Positions 35,639-45,301 of a DNA stretch of 64,000 bases are shown one piece after another. How positions within the stretch are numbered: position 1 is the first letter of the stretch; each line of letters begins with the position of its first letter. Position numbers and translations under genes: made by a program. The stretch is taken from contig JAPPLY010000057.1 in the NCBI GenBank assembly GCA_028819305.1, forward strand, positions 30,432 through 94,431, written 5' to 3'. The notes under the pieces were generated by a model. That model did not search any database. It saw nothing but the letters and a program-made list of their open reading frames with translations, and was not told the origin of the DNA. Source of the stretch: Bdellovibrionales bacterium (GTDB taxonomy: Bacteria; Bdellovibrionota; Bdellovibrionia; Bdellovibrionales; UBA1609).

Positions 35639-36601
35639 ATGGAAGAAATATCTTTTAAGCCTTTAAGTGAAGGTTTAGGTTTTTATGACCCTCCTTTACA
35701 GATTGGGGTTTCCGGTCCTTCTAAAAAAATAGCTGATTTACAGAAAAAGAATTTTTTATCCTCACCGGAATGGCCTGAATCTCTCCTATCTGGATCCTTG
35801 GACTTGGACAATTTACAAAATTATGAGCATCTTATATCTTTATTAGAAAAACCGTGGTTAGGAAAAAAGAGCTCGGGTTTTTTTTCAGGGAACAGATCTA
35901 TGATCCTGGAAAATAAGGAAGAAGAAAACCCAGCTTCTTCTCCTGTAACAAGAACCCCTGGTCTTTCTAAAAATCTTATAAAAAAAAACACTCAAGAGCC
36001 TTCTTCCGTATCACCGGTAAAAACCACTTTAGACCGCTCCGGTCAGGAATTTACGAACTCTGAACTTCGTTCATTTTTGGGAAAAAGCTTACGGAAACTA
36101 CAAAAGACAAGCCAGGTTAGTATATCCGCCTCGGACAAGAAGGATATTCTAAATAAAAATACTTTGACCGAACCGTCTTTAAATAAAAATCAGTTGGTTC
36201 CTAAAAAAACATTTTATTTTTCCTTAAAAGCTTACCTGGTGGATACCTTTATTATTTCTTTATTGTTTTTTCCGCCTTTTGCTTTATTTGTGTTTCTAAC
36301 TCAACCCGTTCCTATGGCTGTACTTCCATCGGTATGGCCTCAGATTCTGTTAACCTTTCTGTGTTTTTCTCAAATTTACTGTCTGTTATGTCGTTTGTTT
36401 TGTTTTGAAACCTATGGAGAGGCTCTTGCTAAGATAAGACTTTGCCATTTAGATTCTTCAAAAGAAGTGCATCCCTACAGATGGCTTTTGCGATTTTTTG
36501 TTTCTTGTGCCACTGGTTTTATTTTTCTCCCTTTGTTGTCTCTTATCTTTAGGAAAGATTTTACGGCTCGTCTAACGGGGCTTTATTTTCAAAAAATATA
36601 G
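35639..36601 (+). CDS. Membrane protein, possibly RDD family
   Basis: 320 aa. Soluble Ser/Lys-rich N-half. The C-half has TM helices and LKAYLVDTFIISLL ... ETYGEALAKIRL, reminiscent of RDD-domain proteins. Confidence 0.35.
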   Translation: MEEISFKPLSEGLGFYDPPLQIGVSGPSKKIADLQKKNFLSSPEWPESLLSGSLDLDNLQNYEHLISLLEKPWLGKKSSGFFSGNRSMILENKEEENPASSPVTRTPGLSKNLIKKNTQEPSSVSPVKTTLDRSGQEFTNSELRSFLGKSLRKLQKTSQVSISASDKKDILNKNTLTEPSLNKNQLVPKKTFYFSLKAYLVDTFIISLLFFPPFALFVFLTQPVPMAVLPSVWPQILLTFLCFSQIYCLLCRLFCFETYGEALAKIRLCHLDSSKEVHPYRWLLRFFVSCATGFIFLPLLSLIFRKDFTARLTGLYFQKI

Positions 36602-36637
36602 ATAAACTTTGATGAATCTACAAAAACAAGGAAAAAA

Positions 36638-37462
36638 GTGTCACAAAAACTATGGACTGTTGTTAAAAAATACAGGGATATTCGATTAGAGAGGACCCAG
36701 GATGGTGTGGCTAAAATCACTATCTGTAGGCCGGAAGTGCGCAATGCCTTTCGTCCTCAGACAGTGAAAGAAATGAAAGAAGCCTTGGAGTGGGTACGAG
36801 AGGAATCCTCCATTGGGGTGGCGATTTTAACGGGAGAAGGTTTTAAAGCTTTTTGTGCGGGGGGGGATCAAAAGGTACGTTCAAAAGGGGGGTATGTGGG
36901 AACAGATGGGGTTCCCAGACTGAATATTTTGGATGTGCAAAAACAGATTCGTAATTTACCAAAACCGGTTATAGCCATGGTAGCGGGTTACGCTATTGGA
37001 GGGGGGCATGTACTGCATGTGGTGTGTGATCTCACTATTTGTGCTGATAATGCTCGCTTTGGTCAAACGGGGCCGAAGGTGGGGTCTTTTGATGGAGGCT
37101 TAGGAAGTGCTTATTTAGCACGGATCGTAGGGCAAAAAAAAGCAAGAGAAATATGGTATCTGTGTCGTCAATATGGAGCTAAGGAAGCTTTACAGATGGG
37201 ACTGGTTAATTGTGTTGTACCTTATAAGGAGTTGGAAACGGAAACATTAAAATGGTGTAAAGAAATATTGAAGCATTCCCCTATGGCTCTTCGGTGTTTA
37301 AAAGCGGCCTTAAATGCCGACTGTGATGGACAACAAGGTTTAATGGATCTAGCTGGTAATGCTACTTTGCTCTATTATCTCAGTGAAGAAGCTCAAGAAG
37401 GAAAAAAAGCTTTTTTAGAAAAAAGAAGGCCCGACTTTTCCAAGTTTACTCGTTATCCTTAA
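36638..37462 (+). CDS. menB: 1,4-dihydroxy-2-naphthoyl-CoA synthase
   Basis: Crotonase fold. [10 protein letters not shown] and [38 protein letters not shown] are typical of MenB. Confidence 0.9.
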   Translation: MSQKLWTVVKKYRDIRLERTQDGVAKITICRPEVRNAFRPQTVKEMKEALEWVREESSIGVAILTGEGFKAFCAGGDQKVRSKGGYVGTDGVPRLNILDVQKQIRNLPKPVIAMVAGYAIGGGHVLHVVCDLTICADNARFGQTGPKVGSFDGGLGSAYLARIVGQKKAREIWYLCRQYGAKEALQMGLVNCVVPYKELETETLKWCKEILKHSPMALRCLKAALNADCDGQQGLMDLAGNATLLYYLSEEAQEGKKAFLEKRRPDFSKFTRYP

Positions 37463-37571
37463 AGAGTCGGTTCTGAAAAAGTCCTAACAGTTTGGTTTTA
37501 TTTATAGTTTTGTTATTTTAAAGAAATAATATTGGCAAGAAAACTTTTTCAGAACCTCCTATGTAGGAGAT

Positions 37572-38513
37572 ATGGTTTTTGTGAGAAACAACGATGTGTC
37601 GTACATCACATTTAAACAAGTGATTTTTGGATGGATCTTATCCATTCGTTTCAAGCCTCTTATTGTGGGTGTAGGACCTGCTCTTATTGGTATTAGCCTC
37701 TCTTTTTCTGGGTGGAATTATTTTTCCTGGTTGTTAAATGGGTCTATTCTCTTTTGTATTTTTTGTATTCAAATAGCGACGCATTTTTTTAATGATGCTT
37801 TTGATTTTCTAAAAGGGGCGGATGATTCTGCTCGTAAAGGCCCCAAAAGAGCTTTGCAAAAAGGATGGCTCACCCCCTCCCAGTTATTTAAAGGTGGCGT
37901 TTTTTGTTTATCTTTAGCTACGCTCACTGGCAGTTATTTAGTGTGGCAGGGGGGTTGGCCTGTTTTTTTTATAGGTGTTGCAAGTTTAGCTTTAGCTTAT
38001 TTTTATACCGGTGGGCCTTATTCTCTAGCTTATACCGGGTTAGCTGATATCTTTGTGTTTTTATTTTTTGGTCTCATTCCTGTAGCAGCGGTGTTTTATC
38101 TTAATACAGGTTATTGGGATGAAGGTGCTGTTGTAGCTGGTCTTCAATGTGGTTTTTTAGCTTTAAGTCTTTTATTGGTTAATAATCTAAGAGATGAAGA
38201 AGAAGATAGAAAGGCTCAAAAGAAAACTTTGGTTGTCAGATTTGGTCGAAAATTTGGAACTTGGGAGTGGACTCTAGCTCATTACCTCCCTTATTTGTTT
38301 ACTTCTTATTGGTTTTTTAAAGGCTTGGGTATGGTGGTGTTTTTACCTTTGATTTTATTTCCTTTTTCAATATACTTACATTCTCTTTTATATAAAGCTT
38401 TTGAAAAAGAAAATATTTATAGCCGGGTTTTTGCTTTCACTTTACTGCATTACTTATTATTTATTTTTTTGTTATCTTTCTGTTTGGTGTCGGGAGAAAA
38501 TGGGCTATTTTAA
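37572..38513 (+). CDS. menA: 1,4-dihydroxy-2-naphthoate polyprenyltransferase
   Basis: UbiA family, multi-TM. NDAFDFLKGAD (NDxxDxxxD) and a second Asp-rich motif NNLRDEEEDRKAQKKT. Confidence 0.85.
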   Translation: MVFVRNNDVSYITFKQVIFGWILSIRFKPLIVGVGPALIGISLSFSGWNYFSWLLNGSILFCIFCIQIATHFFNDAFDFLKGADDSARKGPKRALQKGWLTPSQLFKGGVFCLSLATLTGSYLVWQGGWPVFFIGVASLALAYFYTGGPYSLAYTGLADIFVFLFFGLIPVAAVFYLNTGYWDEGAVVAGLQCGFLALSLLLVNNLRDEEEDRKAQKKTLVVRFGRKFGTWEWTLAHYLPYLFTSYWFFKGLGMVVFLPLILFPFSIYLHSLLYKAFEKENIYSRVFAFTLLHYLLFIFLLSFCLVSGENGLF

Positions 38514-38557
38514 ATGGCTTAGAGCTTATATTGAACGAACCGGTCAGGATATGATAT

Positions 38558-39622
38558 ATGGATCTTCTGTTAAATAGTTCAGTGAAGAATATCTGGTATG
38601 CTTTTTATGAATTAAGGGTGAAAAAAACGGGGCAGGTTCGTTGTGGAGCTTTGTTAAAAGTAGAGTTTAGGGATGGAAAGACGGGTCATGCTGATCTTCA
38701 TCCCTGGCCAGAGAAAGGGGAAGCTCCCTTAAAAGTTCAATTGGACAAATTAAGGAAAAAAGAATGTACGACCTTATGTTCAAGGGTCTTAGCTATTGCC
38801 AGAGAAGAGGCAAAGGCACGAACACAGGAGTTTAATTTACTGAGTTCTTTAAAAATTCCTTTAAGTCATTACCTTATTTCGGATGTAGAAAATTTCTGCG
38901 ATTTAGATAAAGTATTAAATCAGGGTTTTCGCATTTTTAAAGTAAAATTAAATACTCCTTTAAAAAGACAAACACAAAAACTTTTAAGATGGATGCAGAC
39001 TTTAGGTTCTTCTGTTAAATGGCGTTTGGATTTTTATATAAAATTAAACGAGCAACAATGGCGGCGGTGGAGCGAGGAATATTTAGTTAAAATGGATACT
39101 CAATATTTGGATTTTATGGAAGTGCCTTTTCAGTATCAAGAGCGTCTGTGGATGCAATACGAAGAATATCCTTTGGCTTTAGATGTATGGAATGGAAAAA
39201 ATACCTTGCCTGTATCTACTTTAGTGTGGAAAAATTCCAGAAAAAGCGAACCAGAGCTGCTTAGAAAAAAAAGGGCTGGGCTTTTTCAAAGAGTCATTTT
39301 TACTCATAGCCTTTCTCATCCCTTGGATCAACTTTCCAGCGCTTACTTTGCTGCTCGATTTTATAAAATCCATCCTCATTTAAGAGAAGTGTGTGGCTTG
39401 GTTCAAAAGGATGTGTATGAAAATCATAAGTTCACTTTACCCGATCGAGGGCCTTGCTTCCCTCGTCTTTCCGGAAAGGGTTGGGGCTTGGATTCTTTTT
39501 TATTGGATCGTCTTTCCTGGAAGAAATGTTGTTCTTATACTAAACCGATAGAGAAAAAAGAGGCGATAGGAAGAGACTGTAAAGTTACAAAAAAAATAAT
39601 ACCCGCAGGGTATAAAAGATGA
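38558..39622 (+). CDS. menC: o-Succinylbenzoate synthase (enolase superfamily)
   Basis: KxK motif FRIFKVKLN, metal-ligand-like WRLDFY / LDFMEVPF / LALDVW, position between menA and menE, ATGA overlap with menE. Confidence 0.65.
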   Translation: MDLLLNSSVKNIWYAFYELRVKKTGQVRCGALLKVEFRDGKTGHADLHPWPEKGEAPLKVQLDKLRKKECTTLCSRVLAIAREEAKARTQEFNLLSSLKIPLSHYLISDVENFCDLDKVLNQGFRIFKVKLNTPLKRQTQKLLRWMQTLGSSVKWRLDFYIKLNEQQWRRWSEEYLVKMDTQYLDFMEVPFQYQERLWMQYEEYPLALDVWNGKNTLPVSTLVWKNSRKSEPELLRKKRAGLFQRVIFTHSLSHPLDQLSSAYFAARFYKIHPHLREVCGLVQKDVYENHKFTLPDRGPCFPRLSGKGWGLDSFLLDRLSWKKCCSYTKPIEKKEAIGRDCKVTKKIIPAGYKR

Positions 39623-40965
39623 AAACAGCTTTCTATAAAATTAATCCTTCTCAAGTGGATTGGGAATCAGAAAATTCCTTGGTGTTTTTTAATGAGAAGC
39701 ACGCAAAAAAAGATATTTTTGTATCTTCTATACCCCAGCTTCCTTATTTAAAATCACATGTATGGCTAGCTACCTCCGGTAGGGTTTGTCAAAAATGGGT
39801 CGCTCTTTCCAAGGAAGCTTTACTCACTTCCGCTCAAGCGGTTAATCGGCATCTCCATGTTACGGAGAAGGATCGTTGGGGGCTTTGCCTTCCTTTGTTT
39901 CATGTAGGAGGTTTAGCTATTTTAGCTCGTGCTCACCTATCTCATAGCTCTTGCTTTTTATTTTCAGGAAAATGGTCCGCTTCTTCTTTTTTGGCCTTTT
40001 TAAATCAAAATAAGATCACTTTGAGTTCTCTCGTTCCTGCACAAGTGTATGATATAGTAAAAGCTCAACACGCTTGTCCTTCTTTTTTAAGGGCGGTTGT
40101 AGTGGGAGGAGAAAGTTTAAACCCCATCCTTTACCATGCCGCCCGAAAGCTAAATTGGCCCTTACTTCCTTCCTACGGTCTTACGGAATGTGCTTCTCAG
40201 GTGGCTACAGCCGAGTTAGACACTCTTATACCGCACCGGTCAGAAACCCCTGCCGTTCCCCGCGAAGCCAGATTTCGCGAAAGCAGAGGCGAGGACCAGC
40301 TTCACAGAGGCATGTTTTCGAACTCCGCTTCCTCCCTAGAAGGAGCTTCCCTTAGGAAGGAGTTTACAAAAACCACAAAACCAGCCCTCCTGGGGATCAA
40401 ACCAGATCAGTATGATAAAATGGAAATGCCTAAAATGAAAACCCTTTCTCATGTTCAAGTTAAGATTATTCAAAAAAAAGTGGCTATTCAGTCCGGGAGT
40501 CTTCTTAGTGGTTTTGTATCTCTTTTACCTTCGTCTTCTCGTTTAGAGTTTCAAAACCCGAGTCAGGACGGCTGGTACTTTACCGAAGATAAAGGCTCTT
40601 TAGAGGGGTCTTTTTTACAAATAGATAACACGGCTCAAATAAAAATATTAGGAGAGAAAATAAACCTAGAGGGTTTGGAAGACACACTAATGAATATTGT
40701 ATTAAAAAAAAAAGAAATAGCGGGGCAATACATTCTTCTCCCTATACCTAGTGAGAGAGAAGGATTTCAAATAGCTCTTATTTCAGATGTTTTTAACAGG
40801 CCGGTTTTAGCTGATCTTATTCAGGAATTTAATAAGAAAGTCTCTCCTTTTGAAAGAATTAGGAAGTTTTATCTCGTTCCTGAATTAACTTTTACTGATA
40901 TTTCCAAACTTTCAAAGCAAGCTTTACTTAAAAAAATGGCCTTCTCTTCAGAAAAGCGGGCTTAA
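39619..40965 (+). CDS. menE: o-Succinylbenzoate-CoA ligase carrying a 62-codon in-frame repeat insertion
   Basis: Adenylate-forming enzyme blocks: LATSGRVCQKW (degenerate TSGTTG.PK), SYGLTECASQV (YG.TE), GWYFTEDKG, KILGEKINLEGLE. Men operon context. Confidence 0.75.
   Translation: MKTAFYKINPSQVDWESENSLVFFNEKHAKKDIFVSSIPQLPYLKSHVWLATSGRVCQKWVALSKEALLTSAQAVNRHLHVTEKDRWGLCLPLFHVGGLAILARAHLSHSSCFLFSGKWSASSFLAFLNQNKITLSSLVPAQVYDIVKAQHACPSFLRAVVVGGESLNPILYHAARKLNWPLLPSYGLTECASQVATAELDTLIPHRSETPAVPREARFRESRGEDQLHRGMFSNSASSLEGASLRKEFTKTTKPALLGIKPDQYDKMEMPKMKTLSHVQVKIIQKKVAIQSGSLLSGFVSLLPSSSRLEFQNPSQDGWYFTEDKGSLEGSFLQIDNTAQIKILGEKINLEGLEDTLMNIVLKKKEIAGQYILLPIPSEREGFQIALISDVFNRPVLADLIQEFNKKVSPFERIRKFYLVPELTFTDISKLSKQALLKKMAFSSEKRA
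40228..40413 (+). repeat. Family E repeat element inserted in frame in menE (186 nt)
   Basis: ataccgcaccggtcagaaacccc ... accagcttcaca ... aaaccacaaaacc ... ggggatcaaaccagatcagtat. The termini and internal blocks match the intergenic copy 56582-56769 (atatcgaaccggtatagaaccccc ... accagcttcaca ... agggatcaaacaagatcagtat). 186 = 62 x 3. Confidence 0.8.
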
Positions 40966-41077
40966 AAAGCCCCATACTTTCTTTTGTTTTGGGCTATATT
41001 CATAGAGTAAAAAATTTTTATCTTTGTCTGTGAAATCAGTGCTTAGTATCTTGAAAATCACTTTATGGGAAGTATGA

Positions 41078-41319
41078 ATCAGTGACCGGTAGGTATTAGG
41101 TTGCGTGTCTTAAAAATCCCTTCCTGAGAAGGGGGAGAAATATAAAATTTGGAAAAGAAATTCAAAAGCTTAAAAATTTCTGATAATTTCAAAAGCTTGG
41201 TACAAATTTGTACCGCTCCAGTTTGAACATTTCAGATATAAAAGCTTGGCTAACAAGGGGAAAAAGGCCGGGAAGTTACGAAAAGTAATACCCACCGAGT
41301 ATATCAGTGGAGTATATAG
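41078..41319 (+). repeat. Probable divergent family E element containing a 16-bp perfect palindrome
   Basis: Starts atcagtgaccggtaggt and ends atcagtggagtatatag. Interior has GGTACAAATTTGTACC (41199-41214) and three TTCAAAAGCTT-like repeats. Confidence 0.35.
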
Positions 41320-41536
41320 GTCAATTGTGGTAGTTATATTGTTTTTTATAGTTTATGTCGGATTTAGTTTGATCTCTGTGGCGGGGGCGAAGATGTGATT
41401 TTTCGGTTGTTTCGTTCTTTTTTCCCAAAGGAAGAGAGAAGGTTCCCCGTGCTATGCCAGTTCGGTATAATTGATAATTGCAGATGAATAGAAAAGAAAA
41501 TGGGAACAAAGTAAGGTAGAAGAGGTTTAGAAAATC

Positions 41537-42475
41537 ATGATAGAAGAAAAATCTTTTAACTTAAAAAGGGATTTTCCTTTGAATATTCCACAGATGGATC
41601 TTTTATATCAAAATCTGTTTTCAAGAGGAAAAACACTGAGAGCGACCATGACATCTCATGTGGCCGATTGTTTGAATATTTCTAAAGAGAAAAGCGATAA
41701 ATTGGGAAAAATAGTGGAATATATTCATCAATCTTCTATTTTACATGATGATGTGATTGATGCATCTCCTATTCGGAGAGGGGCTTTATCCAGTTGGATG
41801 CAGTATTCAGTAAGAAAAGCGGTTTTAGCGGGGGATTATTTATTAGCTCAGGCAGCGGAGCATACGGCTGAAATGAACAATATAGCTCTGATGAAGCTAA
41901 CGGCTAATGTATTAAAACAATTAGTAGAAGGGGAATGGTTACAATCCTCTCTTAAAAAGAGGGAAAGTATGCCAGAATTAGATAGAGTATCTAAGTTAAA
42001 AACAGCTTCTCTTTTTCAGTGGAGCTTAAGAGCTCCTTTTTTAATAGTGAATCGTTATGAAAGGGAGCTTCATCATTGCTTAGATCAGATAGGGGCTTTG
42101 ATGGGTGTTTTGTTTCAAAGAGCGGATGATCTGTTGGATTTTGATATTAGAAATAAGGAAAATAAAGCTCTTTTTAAGGACATGGAAGAAGGATATTTTA
42201 ACTCTTTTGCTGTATATCTGTCGGAGGGAAAGGATCCTCATTTTCGATCTCAGTTACGGGCCTGTCGTTCCTTAAAAGAGGTAAAAGTGCTTTTTAGGGA
42301 TCAGGAATTTAAGGATATTTTAAACTCTTTTGATGAAGAGAATAAAAAAAAGATACGGGATTGCCAAAATGAAATAGAGCATTCGCTCAAGTTAAAGCTT
42401 CTTAAGTCGGAGCAGTCTTTGATCGATCAGTTAAAACCTTGGCCTTGGCGGTTTTATTGGAGACAAAATGTCTGA
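41537..42475 (+). CDS. trans-Polyprenyl diphosphate synthase (likely menaquinone side chain)
   Basis: First DDxxD in SSILHDDVIDASPIRRG and second in FQRADDLLDF. 312 aa. Confidence 0.8.
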   Translation: MIEEKSFNLKRDFPLNIPQMDLLYQNLFSRGKTLRATMTSHVADCLNISKEKSDKLGKIVEYIHQSSILHDDVIDASPIRRGALSSWMQYSVRKAVLAGDYLLAQAAEHTAEMNNIALMKLTANVLKQLVEGEWLQSSLKKRESMPELDRVSKLKTASLFQWSLRAPFLIVNRYERELHHCLDQIGALMGVLFQRADDLLDFDIRNKENKALFKDMEEGYFNSFAVYLSEGKDPHFRSQLRACRSLKEVKVLFRDQEFKDILNSFDEENKKKIRDCQNEIEHSLKLKLLKSEQSLIDQLKPWPWRFYWRQNV

Positions 42476-43400
42476 ATCTCAAGAATGGAAACAAAAGTTT
42501 GAAGAGCTTTCTGCTCTCTTGCAAGAAAAAGAACAAGCTTTAAAAGAGTACAGACAGATTATTGAACAAAGCAATCAAATGATAAAAGAGGTAATGGACA
42601 AGTTATCTGTTGAGTTAAAAATGGCTCATCAGATTCATCGTGTTTTATTACCTGTAGATCTACCAGTTATTTCCAATTGTGAGTTTAGTTTTAAATTTCG
42701 TCCAGCCTCTATTAAAGGGGAAAGTAAAGATTTTTATGAAGTCTTGCCTCATTTGAATAAAAAATTTTTTAATATTATTATGTCCAGCTGCTCTTCTCAT
42801 GCTTTGTCTGCTTTACTTTTCTCTGCCCGTTTAAAAATGATGAGTCGGGGAGAGAAAGTAAATCAACTCCAGCCGCATGAATTTATGGTTCGTTTATCTG
42901 AAGAGATTAGTTCGGATACTTCTCACCTGTCAGCAGGGGGGATATCTATATCTGAGCCTTTAAAAGAAAAAGTAGCTTTATTTTATGCTTTTATAGATCA
43001 GAAAACCTATCAGATGTCTTATTGTTTGGTGGGGGATATTGTAGCCTTAGTTCAATATGCGGAAACAGGGGAAATAGAAACGCTGAGTGCTTCTGCTTAT
43101 TCCTTGGAAAAAAAGGAGATTCGTAAGTTAAAAACGGATAGGATCTCCTTAAATGGAAAAGATCGTTTCATTTTATGTAGCCCTGGTGTATTACAGTGTC
43201 AGTCTCCTGGTGGAGATATATATTCTTTGTCTGCTTTAAAAGGGGCTCTTCAAAATAAAAACCTGTCTTCTGTACATGAGATAAGAAATAGGATTCTCTA
43301 TGACCTGGAGTCTTTTGCTCAAGGTCGTCCAACGGAGAGGGATCAAAGCGTGTTGGTGATGGAAGTAAAAAGACGTATATTAAAGCTAGCCAAATTTTGA
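42468..43400 (+). CDS. Coiled-coil plus degenerate SpoIIE/PP2C-like domain protein
   Basis: AHQIHRVLLPVDLP...FSFKFRPASIKGESKDFYEV resembles the SpoIIE start (iQ..llP...GGDfYD). The next metal-binding DxxGxG block reads MSSCSSH. ATGTCTGA-type overlap with the upstream gene. Confidence 0.35.
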   Translation: MSESQEWKQKFEELSALLQEKEQALKEYRQIIEQSNQMIKEVMDKLSVELKMAHQIHRVLLPVDLPVISNCEFSFKFRPASIKGESKDFYEVLPHLNKKFFNIIMSSCSSHALSALLFSARLKMMSRGEKVNQLQPHEFMVRLSEEISSDTSHLSAGGISISEPLKEKVALFYAFIDQKTYQMSYCLVGDIVALVQYAETGEIETLSASAYSLEKKEIRKLKTDRISLNGKDRFILCSPGVLQCQSPGGDIYSLSALKGALQNKNLSSVHEIRNRILYDLESFAQGRPTERDQSVLVMEVKRRILKLAKF

Positions 43401-43425
43401 TTCTTTGTTTAGTTACTATGTAATT

Positions 43426-44085
43426 ATGTCTAAAGAAACTTTAAAAAATAAAAAACAGAGAGTAAAAAAAGTGGTCCATCTTCTTAAGAGGTATCATCCT
43501 CAAGCGGACTGTGCTCTTTACCATAAAAATCCTGTTCAACTTTTAGTGGCAACGGTATTAAGTGCACAGTGTACAGATAAGAGGGTAAATCAAGTCACAA
43601 AAACTCTTTTTAAAAAATATCCTACAGCTAAAACTTTTGCTTCCGCGAATTTAAGGGAATTGGAGAAGGAAATACATTCTACTGGTTTTTTTCGCTCTAA
43701 AGCTCAAAATATAAAAGCAGCTTGTCAAAAAATCCAAAAAGACTTTAAAGGGAAGGTGCCGAATCGTTTGGAAGACTTACTTACTTTACCCGGAGTGGGG
43801 CGAAAAACCGCTCATGTTGTTTTAGGAACGGCTTTTCAAATCAGCTCTGGAGTGGTGGTGGATACGCATGTGCGTAGGCTTTCCAATCGGCTTAATTTTA
43901 CAAATTCAAATGATCCGAAAAAAATAGAAGAGGATCTCAATTACCTTTTACCTAAAAAAGAATGGATTTATTTTTCTCATGCTTTGATTTTACATGGGAG
44001 AGAGGTATGTAAAGCTCGTGCTCCTCGGTGCAACACTTGTTTTTTAGAAGAATTTTGTCCTAAAAAAGGAGTGAAGAGAAAATAG
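43426..44085 (+). CDS. nth: Endonuclease III
   Basis: LLVATVLSAQCTD, HhH-GPD LPGVGRKTAHVVL, 4Fe-4S cluster CKARAPRCNTCFLEEFC. Confidence 0.9.
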   Translation: MSKETLKNKKQRVKKVVHLLKRYHPQADCALYHKNPVQLLVATVLSAQCTDKRVNQVTKTLFKKYPTAKTFASANLRELEKEIHSTGFFRSKAQNIKAACQKIQKDFKGKVPNRLEDLLTLPGVGRKTAHVVLGTAFQISSGVVVDTHVRRLSNRLNFTNSNDPKKIEEDLNYLLPKKEWIYFSHALILHGREVCKARAPRCNTCFLEEFCPKKGVKRK

Positions 44086-44151
44086 AGGTTTTTGAAAAGT
44101 AAGAGCAGTTTGCCTTTTTAGGTTTTTAAACCATCTAGGAGGTATAAAAAT

Positions 44152-45153
44152 TTGATGTTTTTAAAAAGAATTATTGTTTTATTTGTTATTGTGGCTTTAG
44201 GGATGGGTGTTTTGTCTTTTTGGTGGCGATCGGTTCCTCAAAAGAAAGTATTGAGGGTAATGACCTATTCTTCTTTTGTGGCTGTCTTTGGCCCTGGTTC
44301 TCATATTAAAAAAGAATTTGAAAAAATATGTGATTGCCGTGTGAAGTGGATTAAAGTGCCGGATTCCACTCTGTTTGTTCAGCGTTTAAATTTAAGAGAA
44401 GATGGTTTTAAAACAGATGTGGTTTTAGGTTTGGATCAACTTTCTTTAAAAAAGGTAAAGATACTATCTTGGAAGAAGACAAAAGTAAAAAAAGATATAT
44501 TTACCTCTCCTGCTCGGGCATTTTTATCAGATGAATTTATTCCTTATAATTGGTCACCTATGAGTTTTCTTGCCAGGACAAAAAAGGGTGAAATGAATTT
44601 AAGCGATTTATTAGAAGGAAAATATAAAAATAATCTCTCTCTTCCGGCTCCTCGCACCAGTACGGTGGGGTTACAGTTTTACTATTGGGTATGGTGTGTT
44701 TTTAGAGAAAAAACAGAAGAGTTTTTGAAAAAAATTAAAGATAGGCTTTATGGCCTACCTCCATCCTGGTCCACCTCTTATGCTCTCTTTCAAAGAGGTC
44801 ATGTGAGTTTAAGTTTTTCTTATTTGAGTTCTTTACTTTACCACCAAGAGCAAAATCAGCAGGATTTTCATTTTGTTTTATTTAAGGAAGGACATCCTTT
44901 TCAAGTGGAACTCATGGCGGTCTCCGGTTTTTGCACTCAGTGTGAGTTAGCTCGTTCTTTTGTGCGTTTTTTGCTTACACCAAAAATACAAGTTTTACTC
45001 AAGCAAAAAAACTATATGTTACCGGTTATTCATTTAAACCAGAATGGTCCAGTTAAAGATATGCTTTCTAAAGTAAAACTCATTCAATACGATCCTGTTT
45101 TTTTAGATCATAAAGAAGAATGGCTGAATAAGTGGGACAGATGGATGAGATAG
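44152..45153 (+). CDS. thiB: Thiamine ABC transporter substrate-binding protein
   Basis: LRVMTYSSFVAVFGPGSHIKKEFEKICDCRVKWIKVPDSTLFVQRLNLREDGFKTDVVLGLDQ is collinear with my recollection of the E. coli TbpA N-terminus (LTVYTYDSF...GPG...KKAFE..C.C......EDG..LLNRL..EG...KADVVLGLD). Confidence 0.75.
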   Translation: MMFLKRIIVLFVIVALGMGVLSFWWRSVPQKKVLRVMTYSSFVAVFGPGSHIKKEFEKICDCRVKWIKVPDSTLFVQRLNLREDGFKTDVVLGLDQLSLKKVKILSWKKTKVKKDIFTSPARAFLSDEFIPYNWSPMSFLARTKKGEMNLSDLLEGKYKNNLSLPAPRTSTVGLQFYYWVWCVFREKTEEFLKKIKDRLYGLPPSWSTSYALFQRGHVSLSFSYLSSLLYHQEQNQQDFHFVLFKEGHPFQVELMAVSGFCTQCELARSFVRFLLTPKIQVLLKQKNYMLPVIHLNQNGPVKDMLSKVKLIQYDPVFLDHKEEWLNKWDRWMR

Positions 45154-45301
45154 TTGCTCTATTGTGTCCTCTGTTTTAATTAGACCATTTGGTTATCTGA
45201 TTTCCCTAGCTTATATAGGACTTTTCATACATGGTTGATTTTCCATTTAACATGATTCATTCTATCATAATCAATGAGTGGAATAAGGGAAATAAAAACC
45301 T

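Noticed and set aside
41321-41509. 62-aa minus-strand ORF in the menE / polyprenyl-synthase gap
   Set aside because: It is short, has no RBS or family resemblance, and sits next to repeat sequence.
44086-44151. Looked for a TPP riboswitch upstream of thiB
   Set aside because: The leader is only 66 nt and lacks the conserved CUGAGA and pyrimidine-sensor blocks.
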